Sequence record: NC_017972.1
DNA: 64,000 bases
Reading direction: 5' to 3' (one strand)
The translations under genes and the position numbers were made by a program. The notes below the pieces were generated by a model, which saw only the letters and a list, made by a program, of their open reading frames with translations, was not told where the DNA came from and searched no databases. Shown here piece after piece: positions 1 to 8,840 of the stretch. Every line of letters begins with the position of its first letter. Position 1 is the stretch's first letter.

Positions 1-682
1 TGCAGGCACCGATATGCCAAACCTTGGCAATCTTTGCAGTTTTTTCCAGCATACGCAGGTAATTAGCCGCATGTTGGAAATCAGTCATCAGGATTTCATC
101 TTGACGACTGCCCACGCCGGATTTGTAACGGATGCTGTACGCTTGCTTACTCGGCACAACGGTAATGGTGATAACGCCACCAGTACCGCTAGCTTTGTAG
201 GTTTGAATCTTGCGCAGCTCCCGCTCGGTCAGCTCCACGCCTTTCGGTGCGCGAGTTTTAATCGAGTCAGAGAATCCAACTGGCGAACCAATATACTCAG
301 CTGCCATTTGCATGAATTCTTTGAGGCCGAAGTAGCACTCACGATCCCGCTTAGAAGCAGCGAGAATTTTCTCCTTCATTTCCTCGACTTTCGACAGTTG
401 CATGTTTTCTTTTTCTGGATGGGAGAACATCAGTTCACCGTCCGAGTACAGATGCACGCTGAACTTGAATTGAGCATCGTTGTAGGCGTCGTACATATCG
501 TACATTACACCAACAAATTTGCGACCTTCGTGTTCACCATCGAACGGCAGGATTTTGCCGTCTACGCTGTAAGCCGTGTTACGGGCAGGCAGCGCGAAAT
601 CAAGAATGCTGTCCAGTTCGGTTCGCAGGGCGATAGTTTCTGCGGCCAGCACAGGAGTTTCAGCAGTCATAGTCGAAGTCAT
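1..682 (-). CDS. hypothetical protein, 3' end runs off window
   Basis: Manual translation from ATG at 682 (MTSTMTAETPVLAAETIALR...) is open to position 1; purine-rich leader upstream; absent from ORF track because it is truncated. Confidence 0.75.
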   Translation of the reverse strand, partial: MTSTMTAETPVLAAETIALRTELDSILDFALPARNTAYSVDGKILPFDGEHEGRKFVGVMYDMYDAYNDAQFKFSVHLYSDGELMFSHPEKENMQLSKVEEMKEKILAASKRDRECYFGLKEFMQMAAEYIGSPVGFSDSIKTRAPKGVELTERELRKIQTYKASGTGGVITITVVPSKQAYSIRYKSGVGSRQDEILMTDFQHAANYLRMLEKTAKIAKVWHIGAC

Positions 683-727
683 GATTTTTCCCTTTGGTAT
701 TTTGGGTTAACTGGGATTGGATTATCC

Positions 728-1471
728 CTAGTTTGCTTCTACAAAAATTTCCGTCATAGGCATGTAGCGCTCACGGAAATATTGCTCATGGCGACCGCTA
801 TCGGGTGCGTTGTGCGTGTACTGCACTTTCACTTCGATAACTTTCGTCAAGCCTTTGGTTTGCAGATAGGCGGCGGTTTTCCCGGTAGGAGGCATGATGC
901 GCCGTCCCTCTTCTACAAAACATTTAATCGGGTCTTTCAGTGGACGATCCGTAGCGGATTTAAACCAGCGATCAACCGAACCCAACAAGAAAGGTTCCGT
1001 CGAGCCTTGCGGGTGAATCAGCAGGCCTTGGCCCTCGGCAGTTACGCCAATGCGCAGCGCTTCGATGCTGGTGCCGTGCAGCTGAATAATCGTCATTGGG
1101 CGGTGACGATAAATCGTAGGAATCTCTTCCACAAAACGTCGAATATGCGAGCGCGCCTGCTTCACAATAGCGGCCAGACAATCTTGGTAATGCGGATGAT
1201 CGAATTGCGCGCGGCTGTAGCATTGCTGGATTTGATCCAGAACATCCTCGGCGCGCAAATCTTTTGGCAAGAAAAGGGAGCCGGAGTTGTAAATTACATG
1301 GATCAAACCGCGCCCATTGTTGACGAGAAACCGACCGTCGTTTTCTTTTGTGGAATCCTCGATGCTAACAGTCATCAGGTCGCTTTGGCATTCGTGATTT
1401 TTATTCGCGTAGTGCCAACCAGCTCCGCCGTTAATCTTTGAGATATGCCGCATCAGATCATTCAGGTCCAT
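728..1471 (-). CDS. hypothetical protein (247 aa)
   Basis: ORF track; collinear with neighbours; no motif recognised. Confidence 0.75.
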   Translation of the reverse strand: MDLNDLMRHISKINGGAGWHYANKNHECQSDLMTVSIEDSTKENDGRFLVNNGRGLIHVIYNSGSLFLPKDLRAEDVLDQIQQCYSRAQFDHPHYQDCLAAIVKQARSHIRRFVEEIPTIYRHRPMTIIQLHGTSIEALRIGVTAEGQGLLIHPQGSTEPFLLGSVDRWFKSATDRPLKDPIKCFVEEGRRIMPPTGKTAAYLQTKGLTKVIEVKVQYTHNAPDSGRHEQYFRERYMPMTEIFVEAN

Positions 1472-1489
1472 CGTCGTCTACCTTTTCGT

Positions 1490-1996
1490 TTATGCTGCGT
1501 TTAAATTTTTCGGCTTGGGTATCTTGAAAGCTGGCGTTGAATCTTTACGCGGCAGCTCTTTGATTGCGTCAAGGAACTTGTGGTGTTCGCGGCTCAGCTT
1601 ATCGCGAGCTTCTGGCAGAGTGAACCACTTGCGTTTGCGCATGTGTTTTTCTTGCCACGAATCGAACTGCGATAGGTATTCCATTGCGTACATGACGACG
1701 ACTTGTTTCATGCCGTCTTTTTCGTATTCAAAGGTTCCGATCTTTTTGGTACATGTGCCGGTGACGCCTGCCTCTTCAAAGCATTCTTTCGCTGCGTTTT
1801 CCCGCGCGTCAAGGTGCTTTTCTTGACCGCCTTTAGTGAATCCCCACCACGCACTTTTCTTCAACTTTTTAACCAGCAGAACCTGCCGGATACCGTCCTT
1901 GTCACGGTAAGGAATACAACCCGATTGCTTGCGTACTTTGAGTTTTGTTTTCGGCAGCTCAGCGGGGGAAGCTTGAAGCGAAACCATCATCTGCAA
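1490..1996 (-). CDS. Nudix hydrolase, DIPP/Aps1-like
   Basis: Nudix box GGQEKHLDARENAAKECFEEAGV; C-terminal WQEKHMRKRKWF motif typical of the DIPP-like subfamily. Confidence 0.88.
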   Translation of the reverse strand: MQMMVSLQASPAELPKTKLKVRKQSGCIPYRDKDGIRQVLLVKKLKKSAWWGFTKGGQEKHLDARENAAKECFEEAGVTGTCTKKIGTFEYEKDGMKQVVVMYAMEYLSQFDSWQEKHMRKRKWFTLPEARDKLSREHHKFLDAIKELPRKDSTPAFKIPKPKNLNAA

Positions 1997-2056
1997 ATCC
2001 TCTAGGTATTAGTCGGGTACGCCGCTGTGCAACGTACCTTCTTAAATTACACCTTA

Positions 2057-2067
2057 TATTTACAGTT
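2057..2067 (-). promoter_or_regulatory. AACTGTAAATA motif copy 1 (candidate phage promoter)
   Basis: Exact copy overlapping the TAA stop of the small ORF, about 60 nt upstream of the Nudix gene. Confidence 0.6.
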
Positions 2068-2236
2068 AACGGCGCATGTCGTGAATGGCTTGCTCAGCCG
2101 CATCCACAAACGTCAAACCGCTATGGCCCCACGACCACGGCGCGGTCCAATCGGGATGGGAAATCAACTTTTTGCGGAAGCAAACGGTCAGCTTGAGGTC
2201 TTCCAAATCTTCAAGGAGTATCCGGTAATCAATCAT
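2066..2236 (-). CDS. small hypothetical protein (56 aa, MIDYRILLEDLEDLK...)
   Basis: Manual translation; fills the gap between two motif copies; below ORF-track size cutoff. Confidence 0.6.
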   Translation of the reverse strand: MIDYRILLEDLEDLKLTVCFRKKLISHPDWTAPWSWGHSGLTFVDAAEQAIHDMRR

Positions 2237-2273
2237 TTTATTCTCAGTGCGAGAGCGTTGTGGTTATACTGTA

Positions 2274-2284
2274 TATTTACAGTT
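2274..2284 (-). promoter_or_regulatory. AACTGTAAATA motif copy 2
   Basis: Exact copy immediately after the stop of 2285..3139, 38 nt upstream of ATG 2236. Confidence 0.6.
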
Positions 2285-3139
2285 TTACGAACGGAAGGTA
2301 ATGATGAATTTTGGCTCTTTGTAAACGCTTTCAGGCGAATCAAGCAAGGCCGCGACGTGCGGGTCAGCGGAACCCAAAACAACCTCGACCATTTCGTGCT
2401 TAACGGATTCCAGACCACGCGCCAGCATATCGAACAGGAAATAACTCGGCTGGTGCATTGTCACGAAACTATTACCGACTTCCACTTGGCGGCGGTGTGG
2501 TTTGGACAAAGCTGCATCGGCAGTCAGGCCAGCGATAACATCGTCAAAGTTTTTGACCAGAGCGCTAGTCGAATCTTCGATGTATCTATAGAAATCGCTG
2601 TAGCGGTCGTTTGCGAACGACGCATCCATTTGTGCATCAGGGTGGCGGTGCGCGTAAAACGCAATCGACAAGATGAAGTGTTTGTCGTTATCTCTTGCGT
2701 CCGGTTTACCGAGGTACAGATCGATACTCTGACCGACTTGCGTTTGGTACGTTTCGATACCGGCTAGACCGAACACATCTTGCACCTGCGCTACGATAGC
2801 TTTTACTTTCGTTTCCAGAACGCCGGAACGCTCAGCCAAATCGACAACGTGCGCAACCAATTGTTGGCGCGTTTTTTCGTCGGTGATGTTGTGGCCCGAC
2901 CATTCCTGTTTACCGCCACCAACCACAGCGAATCTGCGCGCTCCGTCTTCGACTTTGTAGAACCAAATACCGTAACCGTTTTTGACCAGACGGCGATGGG
3001 AATCCGGGCCGCTGTTAACCCACGCATTGCTGTCTGTGTGTTGGTTAGGGCGTTTGTGGGAAACGCTCACAAAACCCAGCTCTTCCAACTCCGTCATCAG
3101 CTGGTTGGCGACTTCGACGGAAATGATATTTTTACTCAT
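2285..3139 (-). CDS. hypothetical protein, member of a divergent ~270-300 aa family
   Basis: ORF track 2285..3244; start moved to MSKNII (3139), which overlaps the upstream stop. Confidence 0.75.
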   Translation of the reverse strand: MSKNIISVEVANQLMTELEELGFVSVSHKRPNQHTDSNAWVNSGPDSHRRLVKNGYGIWFYKVEDGARRFAVVGGGKQEWSGHNITDEKTRQQLVAHVVDLAERSGVLETKVKAIVAQVQDVFGLAGIETYQTQVGQSIDLYLGKPDARDNDKHFILSIAFYAHRHPDAQMDASFANDRYSDFYRYIEDSTSALVKNFDDVIAGLTADAALSKPHRRQVEVGNSFVTMHQPSYFLFDMLARGLESVKHEMVEVVLGSADPHVAALLDSPESVYKEPKFIITFRS

Positions 3140-4043
3140 TGGGTTCGCCCACAAAAGGTTGTTTGAACAGAATGCGTGTATCGGTGACTTTGTAGCTTGC
3201 CGCGTCAAGGTCTTGCTTAACCAACAAACCGTCGATTGTAGCATTGCCGGTTGTCGATCTTACGGTGTGTTCTTTGCTGCCAACGCCCAGCACGCCAAGG
3301 TCGAGCATGTATTGCAGATATTCGCCGGGGCAACCGAGCGTAACGATCAGGCCGTTACCTTCGTTCGCACAAATCAGGAATTTTTTGAAGCGGTCGTGCT
3401 GGTCGCGAATCACGCGCAGGCAGTCTTCCAGCGTTTCGACTTTATTCCGGGGAGTATCGTCGTCTTCGCATTCGCCGTCGTCCGGTTCGGCGCAGCCTGT
3501 ATCCTCGAAAATGCGCCAGTCATTACCGACGAAAATTGCAGACTGCAAAACCATTGCGCCGGGGCGGTTGAATTTCAAGGTAAACAGATCGGGTTTTGCG
3601 TCCGAGTCCGCGTCTTCCAACGGCAGCGCCGGGCTGATATCCAGCTTGAAATGAATTCGTTCTTTTTTCTCGACGCGCAGGAAAGGAATACCTGCCGCTT
3701 CCAGCACAGGCGCCAATTGATCAGCCAGTGCATTGAGTGCGGCGTGTTTCCGATCCAGACTGTTGGCTGCGCTGATAATGCGTTCGGCCAACTTGTTCAC
3801 GTCTTTGGCCTGCTTCGGACCGCATATTCTGAACTTAGGAACAAACGCAGTAAAACTAGCTTCTTTTTTCGGCGTCGTGTAGTAGGAAGTGCGTACCCAC
3901 GCGAGGCCGCGACGGTACATGTTTTCGGTGCGAGCGGTACGCGATTCAGCGTTGCCCGTTTCTACGCCGTGCTCAGTGCAAATAAAACCGGCATCGTGCA
4001 GCAGGGCTTCCAGTTGCTGGATAAATTCTACTTCATAGCGCAT
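3132..4043 (-). CDS. hypothetical protein (303 aa), same divergent family
   Basis: ORF track; abuts 4044 gene. Confidence 0.78.
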   Translation of the reverse strand: MRYEVEFIQQLEALLHDAGFICTEHGVETGNAESRTARTENMYRRGLAWVRTSYYTTPKKEASFTAFVPKFRICGPKQAKDVNKLAERIISAANSLDRKHAALNALADQLAPVLEAAGIPFLRVEKKERIHFKLDISPALPLEDADSDAKPDLFTLKFNRPGAMVLQSAIFVGNDWRIFEDTGCAEPDDGECEDDDTPRNKVETLEDCLRVIRDQHDRFKKFLICANEGNGLIVTLGCPGEYLQYMLDLGVLGVGSKEHTVRSTTGNATIDGLLVKQDLDAASYKVTDTRILFKQPFVGEPNE

Positions 4044-4352
4044 TTAATTTGCCTCCACGGCTGTTCTGTTCCACTGGCTTGCGTTGCGAATCAATACGTC
4101 GTCAATCTCGCCGCGAGAATCCAAATCCAAAGTTTCCGAACGCCCGTGGCAATTAGGATCGCCGCTGACTTCGCAGAAACCTGCGCTAACCACATTCAGC
4201 GTTGGCTTGATATCGCCGCCTGTACGATCCATTGCGCGAATCGTCATTTGCGACATTACATCGTGGTTGATGCACTTTGGAAAAATGATCGGCAGTTCGT
4301 GAATCACGCCGGTCTGATAATCGCGTCCTTGCATAACAATGTACTTCATCAT
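4044..4352 (-). CDS. small protein with Janus/PHPT1-like motif pattern (copy 1)
   Basis: KYIV...IIFPKCINHD...VVSAGFC...CHGRSETL...SR..ID pattern shared with 11270 and 39043; fold assignment is inference. Confidence 0.6.
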   Translation of the reverse strand: MMKYIVMQGRDYQTGVIHELPIIFPKCINHDVMSQMTIRAMDRTGGDIKPTLNVVSAGFCEVSGDPNCHGRSETLDLDSRGEIDDVLIRNASQWNRTAVEAN

Positions 4353-4367
4353 TTCTCGTTTTCCTTG

Positions 4368-4502
4368 TTAACGACGAATAGCGAAACCGGAATGCCCAGT
4401 TTGTGCAGCGAATCCCTTGGAGACTTTTGGTTCGTTGCAACCGATCAACGCGACAAGCGCGAAGACCGGCAACAGCGGCATAATATTGCGGAGATTTTTC
4501 AT
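4368..4502 (-). CDS. small predicted lipoprotein (44 aa)
   Basis: Manual translation MKNLRNIMPLLPVFALVALIGCNEPK...; lipobox LIGC; start overlaps upstream stop. Confidence 0.6.
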   Translation of the reverse strand: MKNLRNIMPLLPVFALVALIGCNEPKVSKGFAAQTGHSGFAIRR

Positions 4503-4930
4503 AGCAATACTTTCCTAAACCCTTGGTCAAAGAAAATCGTTACGCCTTGTGTTTTGGAGCCGTGGCCTGTGATGCACACTGCACCGGGACTGCGTGAAAT
4601 CTTGTGCTCGAAATCTACCCGTTTGAACAAAGCGCCATTCTCTTTGCAGCGCGCTTTCATTTTATTTACAGTTTCGTAGGAGAAGCGTGGCGGCTCACGG
4701 AGCTGGAATTCTGTGTACCAATACTGCGCCCACTCTTCGCGCTTCTGCACATCCCTTGCACGTTCTGCGTGGCGTTCGGAATAGCCGTTAAACGAATTAC
4801 TCTTTGGGCCGTTTATGTACCACACAATCCCGAGGAAAAACAGCAAGGCAAACACAGCAAGGAACAGAGCGGTCAGGGCATCGCTCTTAGCATGACGGTC
4901 GCATTTGCAACAGCAACATTTAGTCGTCAT
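4499..4930 (-). CDS. membrane-anchored hypothetical protein
   Basis: One strong TM segment ALTALFLAVFALLFFLGIVWYI after a Cys-rich N-terminus. Confidence 0.7.
   Translation of the reverse strand: MTTKCCCCKCDRHAKSDALTALFLAVFALLFFLGIVWYINGPKSNSFNGYSERHAERARDVQKREEWAQYWYTEFQLREPPRFSYETVNKMKARCKENGALFKRVDFEHKISRSPGAVCITGHGSKTQGVTIFFDQGFRKVLL
4663..4673 (-). promoter_or_regulatory. AACTGTAAATA motif copy 3 (intragenic)
   Basis: Exact copy inside 4499..4930, about 160 nt upstream of the small lipoprotein gene. Confidence 0.4.
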
Positions 4931-5234
4931 TTTTGCACACCTTTTTGAAGCCTTGGCCTAGCGGCGGAATACCCGGCATCGCAGGCCAGTGTGCGTTAAT
5001 GCGTTTGATCGAACCGTCTGGCGCTTCGCACACAGCAAACACAGGCGTAGGGGCGTTGGCTCGCAAATCGGTTTCTTTGCCTTGGTATTTCAGGCCTTCC
5101 AATTCACAAGTTTTCTTTGCAGAATCGCCCCACGGGTCTTTCGACAAATCACGCTGCGCAGGAGGCACGCACTCTTCTTTGGAACAGCCAACCAGCGCCA
5201 GCGCTACAGCCAAAACAATAGAAATCTTTTTCAC
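4920..5234 (-). CDS. predicted lipoprotein (104 aa)
   Basis: GTG start gives KKISIVLAVALALVGC signal with lipobox; GAGG upstream; ORF track start 5432 looks too long. Confidence 0.75.
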   Translation of the reverse strand: MKKISIVLAVALALVGCSKEECVPPAQRDLSKDPWGDSAKKTCELEGLKYQGKETDLRANAPTPVFAVCEAPDGSIKRINAHWPAMPGIPPLGQGFKKVCKNDD

Positions 5235-5256
5235 GTCATCTGCCTCTTTCGTGGTT

Positions 5257-5278
5257 GGTGCCCGCCGAAGCAGGCACC
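5257..5278 (-). other. intergenic C(UUCG)G stem-loop
   Basis: Minus strand GGTGCCTGC-TTCG-GCGGGCACC; no U tract. Confidence 0.6.
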
Positions 5279-5287
5279 GTTTACTTT

Positions 5288-5503
5288 TTACTTGTTGAAT
5301 TTCTGCCGGATTTTCTGAGCGAGAATACCCAGCCCGGAATGGGCAACATACGCAAACTCGGCGGCACTGAGCACAAAGCCCAGCAGCACCATGACTGCGA
5401 AATCGCCAGCGCCCGACCGACTGTGCTGCCATGCGTATTTAAACGCGGAGTAAATCCACATGGACAGGACAACCAGCAGGAAAAGAGCAAGAATACGCAT
5501 CAC
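5288..5503 (-). CDS. small two-TM membrane protein
   Basis: Two hydrophobic segments; start overlaps stop of the ATP-grasp gene. Confidence 0.7.
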   Translation of the reverse strand: MMRILALFLLVVLSMWIYSAFKYAWQHSRSGAGDFAVMVLLGFVLSAAEFAYVAHSGLGILAQKIRQKFNK

Positions 5504-6888
5504 AGATATTCCTCTTCATCGTCATCTTCGTCTTCGATATCGTCGATCAGAATGTGTGGAATGAACCGCTCATTTTTCCACGACAAAGTAGGCGATTCAA
5601 ATTCACGAATGCACAGCGTAGCGGCAGTGGATTCGCGCATGGTGACGTAGTTGGTCGAAACATCCGGCACCATAAACATGCCGATGATGAAATTGTTGCG
5701 GCCCGGAACTTGGAACGGCGGCGCGTACATTTGATAAACTACGTCGTCACCATCGTATGCGCCATCGGTCGAATAATTATGCGAACCGTCAGCATTGAAA
5801 ATGGTGATGTTGTTCGACATGCGTCCGATTTTTGGCTTGCTTACGAATTTCTCGCCAACTTGCAGGAAGCGCTGGTTGTTGAGGTAGGTCGGCAGCACCG
5901 GAACGTTTTCATAACGAAGCCGGAAATCTTCGTCGGTTTCGATCAGGTGGGTGATGAATGCCCAAATGCCTTTGTTCGACGCAAACCAGCGCCATGCAGG
6001 CTCAAGGAAGGTAACGTGTTGGCCCCAGTTCGTCCATTCCTTGAATGCGTGCGGCGCAACTTTCACCATCGATTCAATCATTTCTTCCCACGGCAGCAGG
6101 GCGAAAATAACCGACGCCGGGGTATCGCCAATCACAAACGGATTGGAGCGGTTGGTGAAGTCGTAATCCATTTCGGTAATGTCGGCGAACATACATTCGT
6201 TTTCTTCACCGAGAATTTGCTGGATAACTTCACTGGTCGCCACGTCTTCAAACGTGTTGTGGTCACAGATTACGGCGGCGGTGCCGGGGATAGCGCCCAT
6301 GTTGCGGATCAGTTCTTGTAGCGTCGGATAGAAACTATTCAACTGCAAGAAATTGTCGCCGGTCAGCGTTTCGCAAATCATGTTTTGCTGCGAAACAGCT
6401 TCAAACAGCATGGTCGGCGTATCGCCGTTGAATTCGTAGATGCCTTCGACTTGATTGGTGTCAGGATTCAGCGTGGCGTCGAAGCGGCCATAAATTGCTT
6501 GGCGGGCACTTCCAACATCGCGGTAAGTGAAGCGGGCATAGTCGAGGAAATACGGGTGGCGGCGCAGGAAAGCGCAACCCATATATTTCATGACTTCTGC
6601 ATCAGGAAGCGCGAACAATTTGCCGACAGCTTCGACCAGCATTGCGTAAGCATTCTCGAATGTGGTTTCGATTTCTGCACACGCGGAAAGCGGCAGTTCG
6701 TAGACCGGCATATTGCGCGAATTTTTGAGGGTAAAATCGAAATAATCATGCACGTCTTTGTAGAACGCTGCGTCGCACGCGGCTTGGCTTTGGCCGGGAG
6801 CTTGGCGGTAGAAGGCCTGCGTATACGGCAGTTCTTCGTTCATCATTTTGTTCAGATCGAAATTGATATCGTAGTGCGTGCAGTGCAT
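5500..6888 (-). CDS. glutathionylspermidine-synthase-family ATP-grasp ligase (YgiC/YjfC-like)
   Basis: YGRFD, EFNGDTPTMLFEA, EPAW..ASNK, KPKIGR motifs match the GspS synthetase domain. Confidence 0.9.
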   Translation of the reverse strand: MHCTHYDINFDLNKMMNEELPYTQAFYRQAPGQSQAACDAAFYKDVHDYFDFTLKNSRNMPVYELPLSACAEIETTFENAYAMLVEAVGKLFALPDAEVMKYMGCAFLRRHPYFLDYARFTYRDVGSARQAIYGRFDATLNPDTNQVEGIYEFNGDTPTMLFEAVSQQNMICETLTGDNFLQLNSFYPTLQELIRNMGAIPGTAAVICDHNTFEDVATSEVIQQILGEENECMFADITEMDYDFTNRSNPFVIGDTPASVIFALLPWEEMIESMVKVAPHAFKEWTNWGQHVTFLEPAWRWFASNKGIWAFITHLIETDEDFRLRYENVPVLPTYLNNQRFLQVGEKFVSKPKIGRMSNNITIFNADGSHNYSTDGAYDGDDVVYQMYAPPFQVPGRNNFIIGMFMVPDVSTNYVTMRESTAATLCIREFESPTLSWKNERFIPHILIDDIEDEDDDEEEYL

Positions 6889-6917
6889 AAATCACTAATC
6901 CTTAGAGAAAGAGAATG

Positions 6918-6940
6918 AGCGGCCCGTTCTCTGAGCCGCT
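6918..6940 (-). other. intergenic hairpin between lipoprotein and ligase genes
   Basis: AGCGGCTC...GGGCCGCT stem with a G-U pair on the minus strand. Confidence 0.45.
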
Positions 6941-6959
6941 TTTGTAGCTTTGATTTTAA

Positions 6960-7631
6960 TCAGCTCGACGAACCGCCATGCGCCGAACTACGGCCACCGC
7001 CACCGGATGCAAATATCGCTTTTGCACGCGATTGCGTAGCACTTTGTACCGAGGCCGGGGCACTGGAAGGCGAAGCGCGCCATTGCGAAACACGGGAATT
7101 CAGGTTTTGTCGGTAGTTCGGCGCAGCGCGGACAGCTGCGCGATTTTGGTTCATCATCGCAGCCGCATAACCTGCGGTGTTGCTGTTACGGCAACGGCGG
7201 CGTTCGTCGCGATTATCACACTGCGTTGTTTGCAGCGGTTGGTGCTGTTGCTGGTATTGCTGTACGCCCCCGGAACTGGTCATTGCTTTTGCCAGCAGAT
7301 AACCGCCCAGCGCACCAGCACCAGCAGAGGCAACCATCGGCCACACGGAATCACTGCTTTGTCCGTTCGCTTCTTCGCGGACAACGTGCATTTGCTTTTT
7401 GCCGTTTTCATCCAAGGTAAAGTAAACGTCTTTTACCGTTGGGTCTTGCGCTTGCAATTCCTTCAACGCGGCTTGACGATCTTTTTCATCATCGGCCAAT
7501 TGCTGGCGGGTCTGCGCGCCCGCTTGTTCATCGACGTAAGCCTGCTCTTCGTCTGGATATGCAGCATCACCGCTGTCACAACCTGCGAGCAAGGCCAAAG
7601 CCGACGCCAAAACGACTACCTTTTTACTCAC
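6960..7631 (-). CDS. lipoprotein, YgiB/DUF1190-like
   Basis: Lipobox LLAGC, internal hydrophobic GAGALGGYLL segment, Gly/Ser tail (GGGGRSSAHGGSSS), directly upstream of a YgiC-like gene. Confidence 0.7.
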   Translation of the reverse strand: MSKKVVVLASALALLAGCDSGDAAYPDEEQAYVDEQAGAQTRQQLADDEKDRQAALKELQAQDPTVKDVYFTLDENGKKQMHVVREEANGQSSDSVWPMVASAGAGALGGYLLAKAMTSSGGVQQYQQQHQPLQTTQCDNRDERRRCRNSNTAGYAAAMMNQNRAAVRAAPNYRQNLNSRVSQWRASPSSAPASVQSATQSRAKAIFASGGGGRSSAHGGSSS

Positions 7632-7984
7632 ACTTTTTTCCTCTTTAGCTTAGTGAATGCTAACGCGGCGAAGTGTTCCGCGCTAACGTGGTTTTTGATG
7701 AATTCGTAACCCTTTTCGTCCACGTACATTATCGTGTCCACGCAAGGGTAAAGCGAAGTTTCCAAACGCTTGCGCTTGTACTCCATAGACGAAACGTGCA
7801 TCGACGTAGGCATACCGTTGGCGTCTTCAAGCAAGATAAAACGCGCTTTCTCGCAAGGGTCAGGTTTGATCAGGCAGCAAACGTAGTCGAAGCCGCTCAG
7901 GGCAATATGCTTGCCCAGCGCTGCGCGGCGAACCACCTCAGACTGCGGAACGAAATGCACATGACCGTTATCCGTTTTCTTCAC
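7628..7984 (-). CDS. hypothetical protein (118 aa)
   Basis: ORF track; preceded by motif copy 4. Confidence 0.7.
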   Translation of the reverse strand: MKKTDNGHVHFVPQSEVVRRAALGKHIALSGFDYVCCLIKPDPCEKARFILLEDANGMPTSMHVSSMEYKRKRLETSLYPCVDTIMYVDEKGYEFIKNHVSAEHFAALAFTKLKRKKV

Positions 7985-7994
7985 GTCTATATCC

Positions 7995-8005
7995 TATTTA
8001 CAGTT
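7995..8005 (-). promoter_or_regulatory. AACTGTAAATA motif copy 4
   Basis: Exact copy overlapping the TAA of 8004..8840. Confidence 0.6.
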
Positions 8006-8840
8006 ACACCGTGTTGAGTTCTTTGCAGTCTTCGTCAGACACCAGTTCTTTGAAGCGGATAGCGTAATAGATATCCTCTTTGCGGTCATTGCCTACAATC
8101 CGGTTCATTCGCTTATCCGGCGCGCAGTAACGAATCTCCGAACGAACGCGTCTGATGCTGGTCAGGCCGTAGCGGAAAAGGAACGAGAAATAATCACAAG
8201 GTTCCAATCGCGTGTACAGCACGTTGTCTTCGATAAACGAACCGCTGTGTGCGTTGTTGAACAGTTCGTGATCCTGCATGTGCGCCATGATTTCTTCGGC
8301 GTTTTTTACGTTGAACGATTGGTAGCACTCTTCCAACCACACGCGCATATCGGCGAAGCCTTTGTGCAGGCTAATTTCCAGCAATTTTTCATTGCGGAAA
8401 CGGAACGTGTAACGGAAATATTCGCGGTCGTAGGCCCAGCGTAGTTTGATACCTTTTTCTGCCGCCAGCACTTTGAACAATGCCGCCGTTTCGCTAAGCA
8501 GTGCCAGCCGCCGCTCAATGGCCTCGATCAATTCGTCCACGTACTTTTGCAAGCCTTCACCTTCTGGCAAGAATTTACCAGTTGGATCGACTTCAATTTC
8601 ATGGCTGGTAAAGCGCACATTTGCCCAGCCGGGTGGCGTGCCTTCGTAAGTGTCGCGGTCGTGCTTCGGCGCGTATTCGATTTTGGTTACGCGAACATCC
8701 AGCGGTGTAAACGGGCGCGAGAAAGTAAACTCGACGTTGCTAATGGATCGGCTTTTGTCGATCTTGAAACCGTGTTTGACTAGCAGGTCGGAAAGAATCT
8801 GAATTCCTTCCGGGCTAAGCCGCACAAATTTCTGACTCAT
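8004..8840 (-). CDS. hypothetical protein, tandem paralogue of 8837..9643
   Basis: Shared C-terminal F.F.F(R/K)YG..S.R motif. Confidence 0.78.
   Translation of the reverse strand: MSQKFVRLSPEGIQILSDLLVKHGFKIDKSRSISNVEFTFSRPFTPLDVRVTKIEYAPKHDRDTYEGTPPGWANVRFTSHEIEVDPTGKFLPEGEGLQKYVDELIEAIERRLALLSETAALFKVLAAEKGIKLRWAYDREYFRYTFRFRNEKLLEISLHKGFADMRVWLEECYQSFNVKNAEEIMAHMQDHELFNNAHSGSFIEDNVLYTRLEPCDYFSFLFRYGLTSIRRVRSEIRYCAPDKRMNRIVGNDRKEDIYYAIRFKELVSDEDCKELNTV

Noticed and set aside
2268-2284. LexA SOS box (ACTGTATATTTACAGT palindrome)
   Set aside because: Spacing is CTG-N8-CAG rather than N10; the right half is simply the repeated AACTGTAAATA motif
7628-7984. Cytidylyltransferase-like C-terminus (KRKRLE...CVD)
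   Set aside because: No HIGH motif or Rossmann N-terminus
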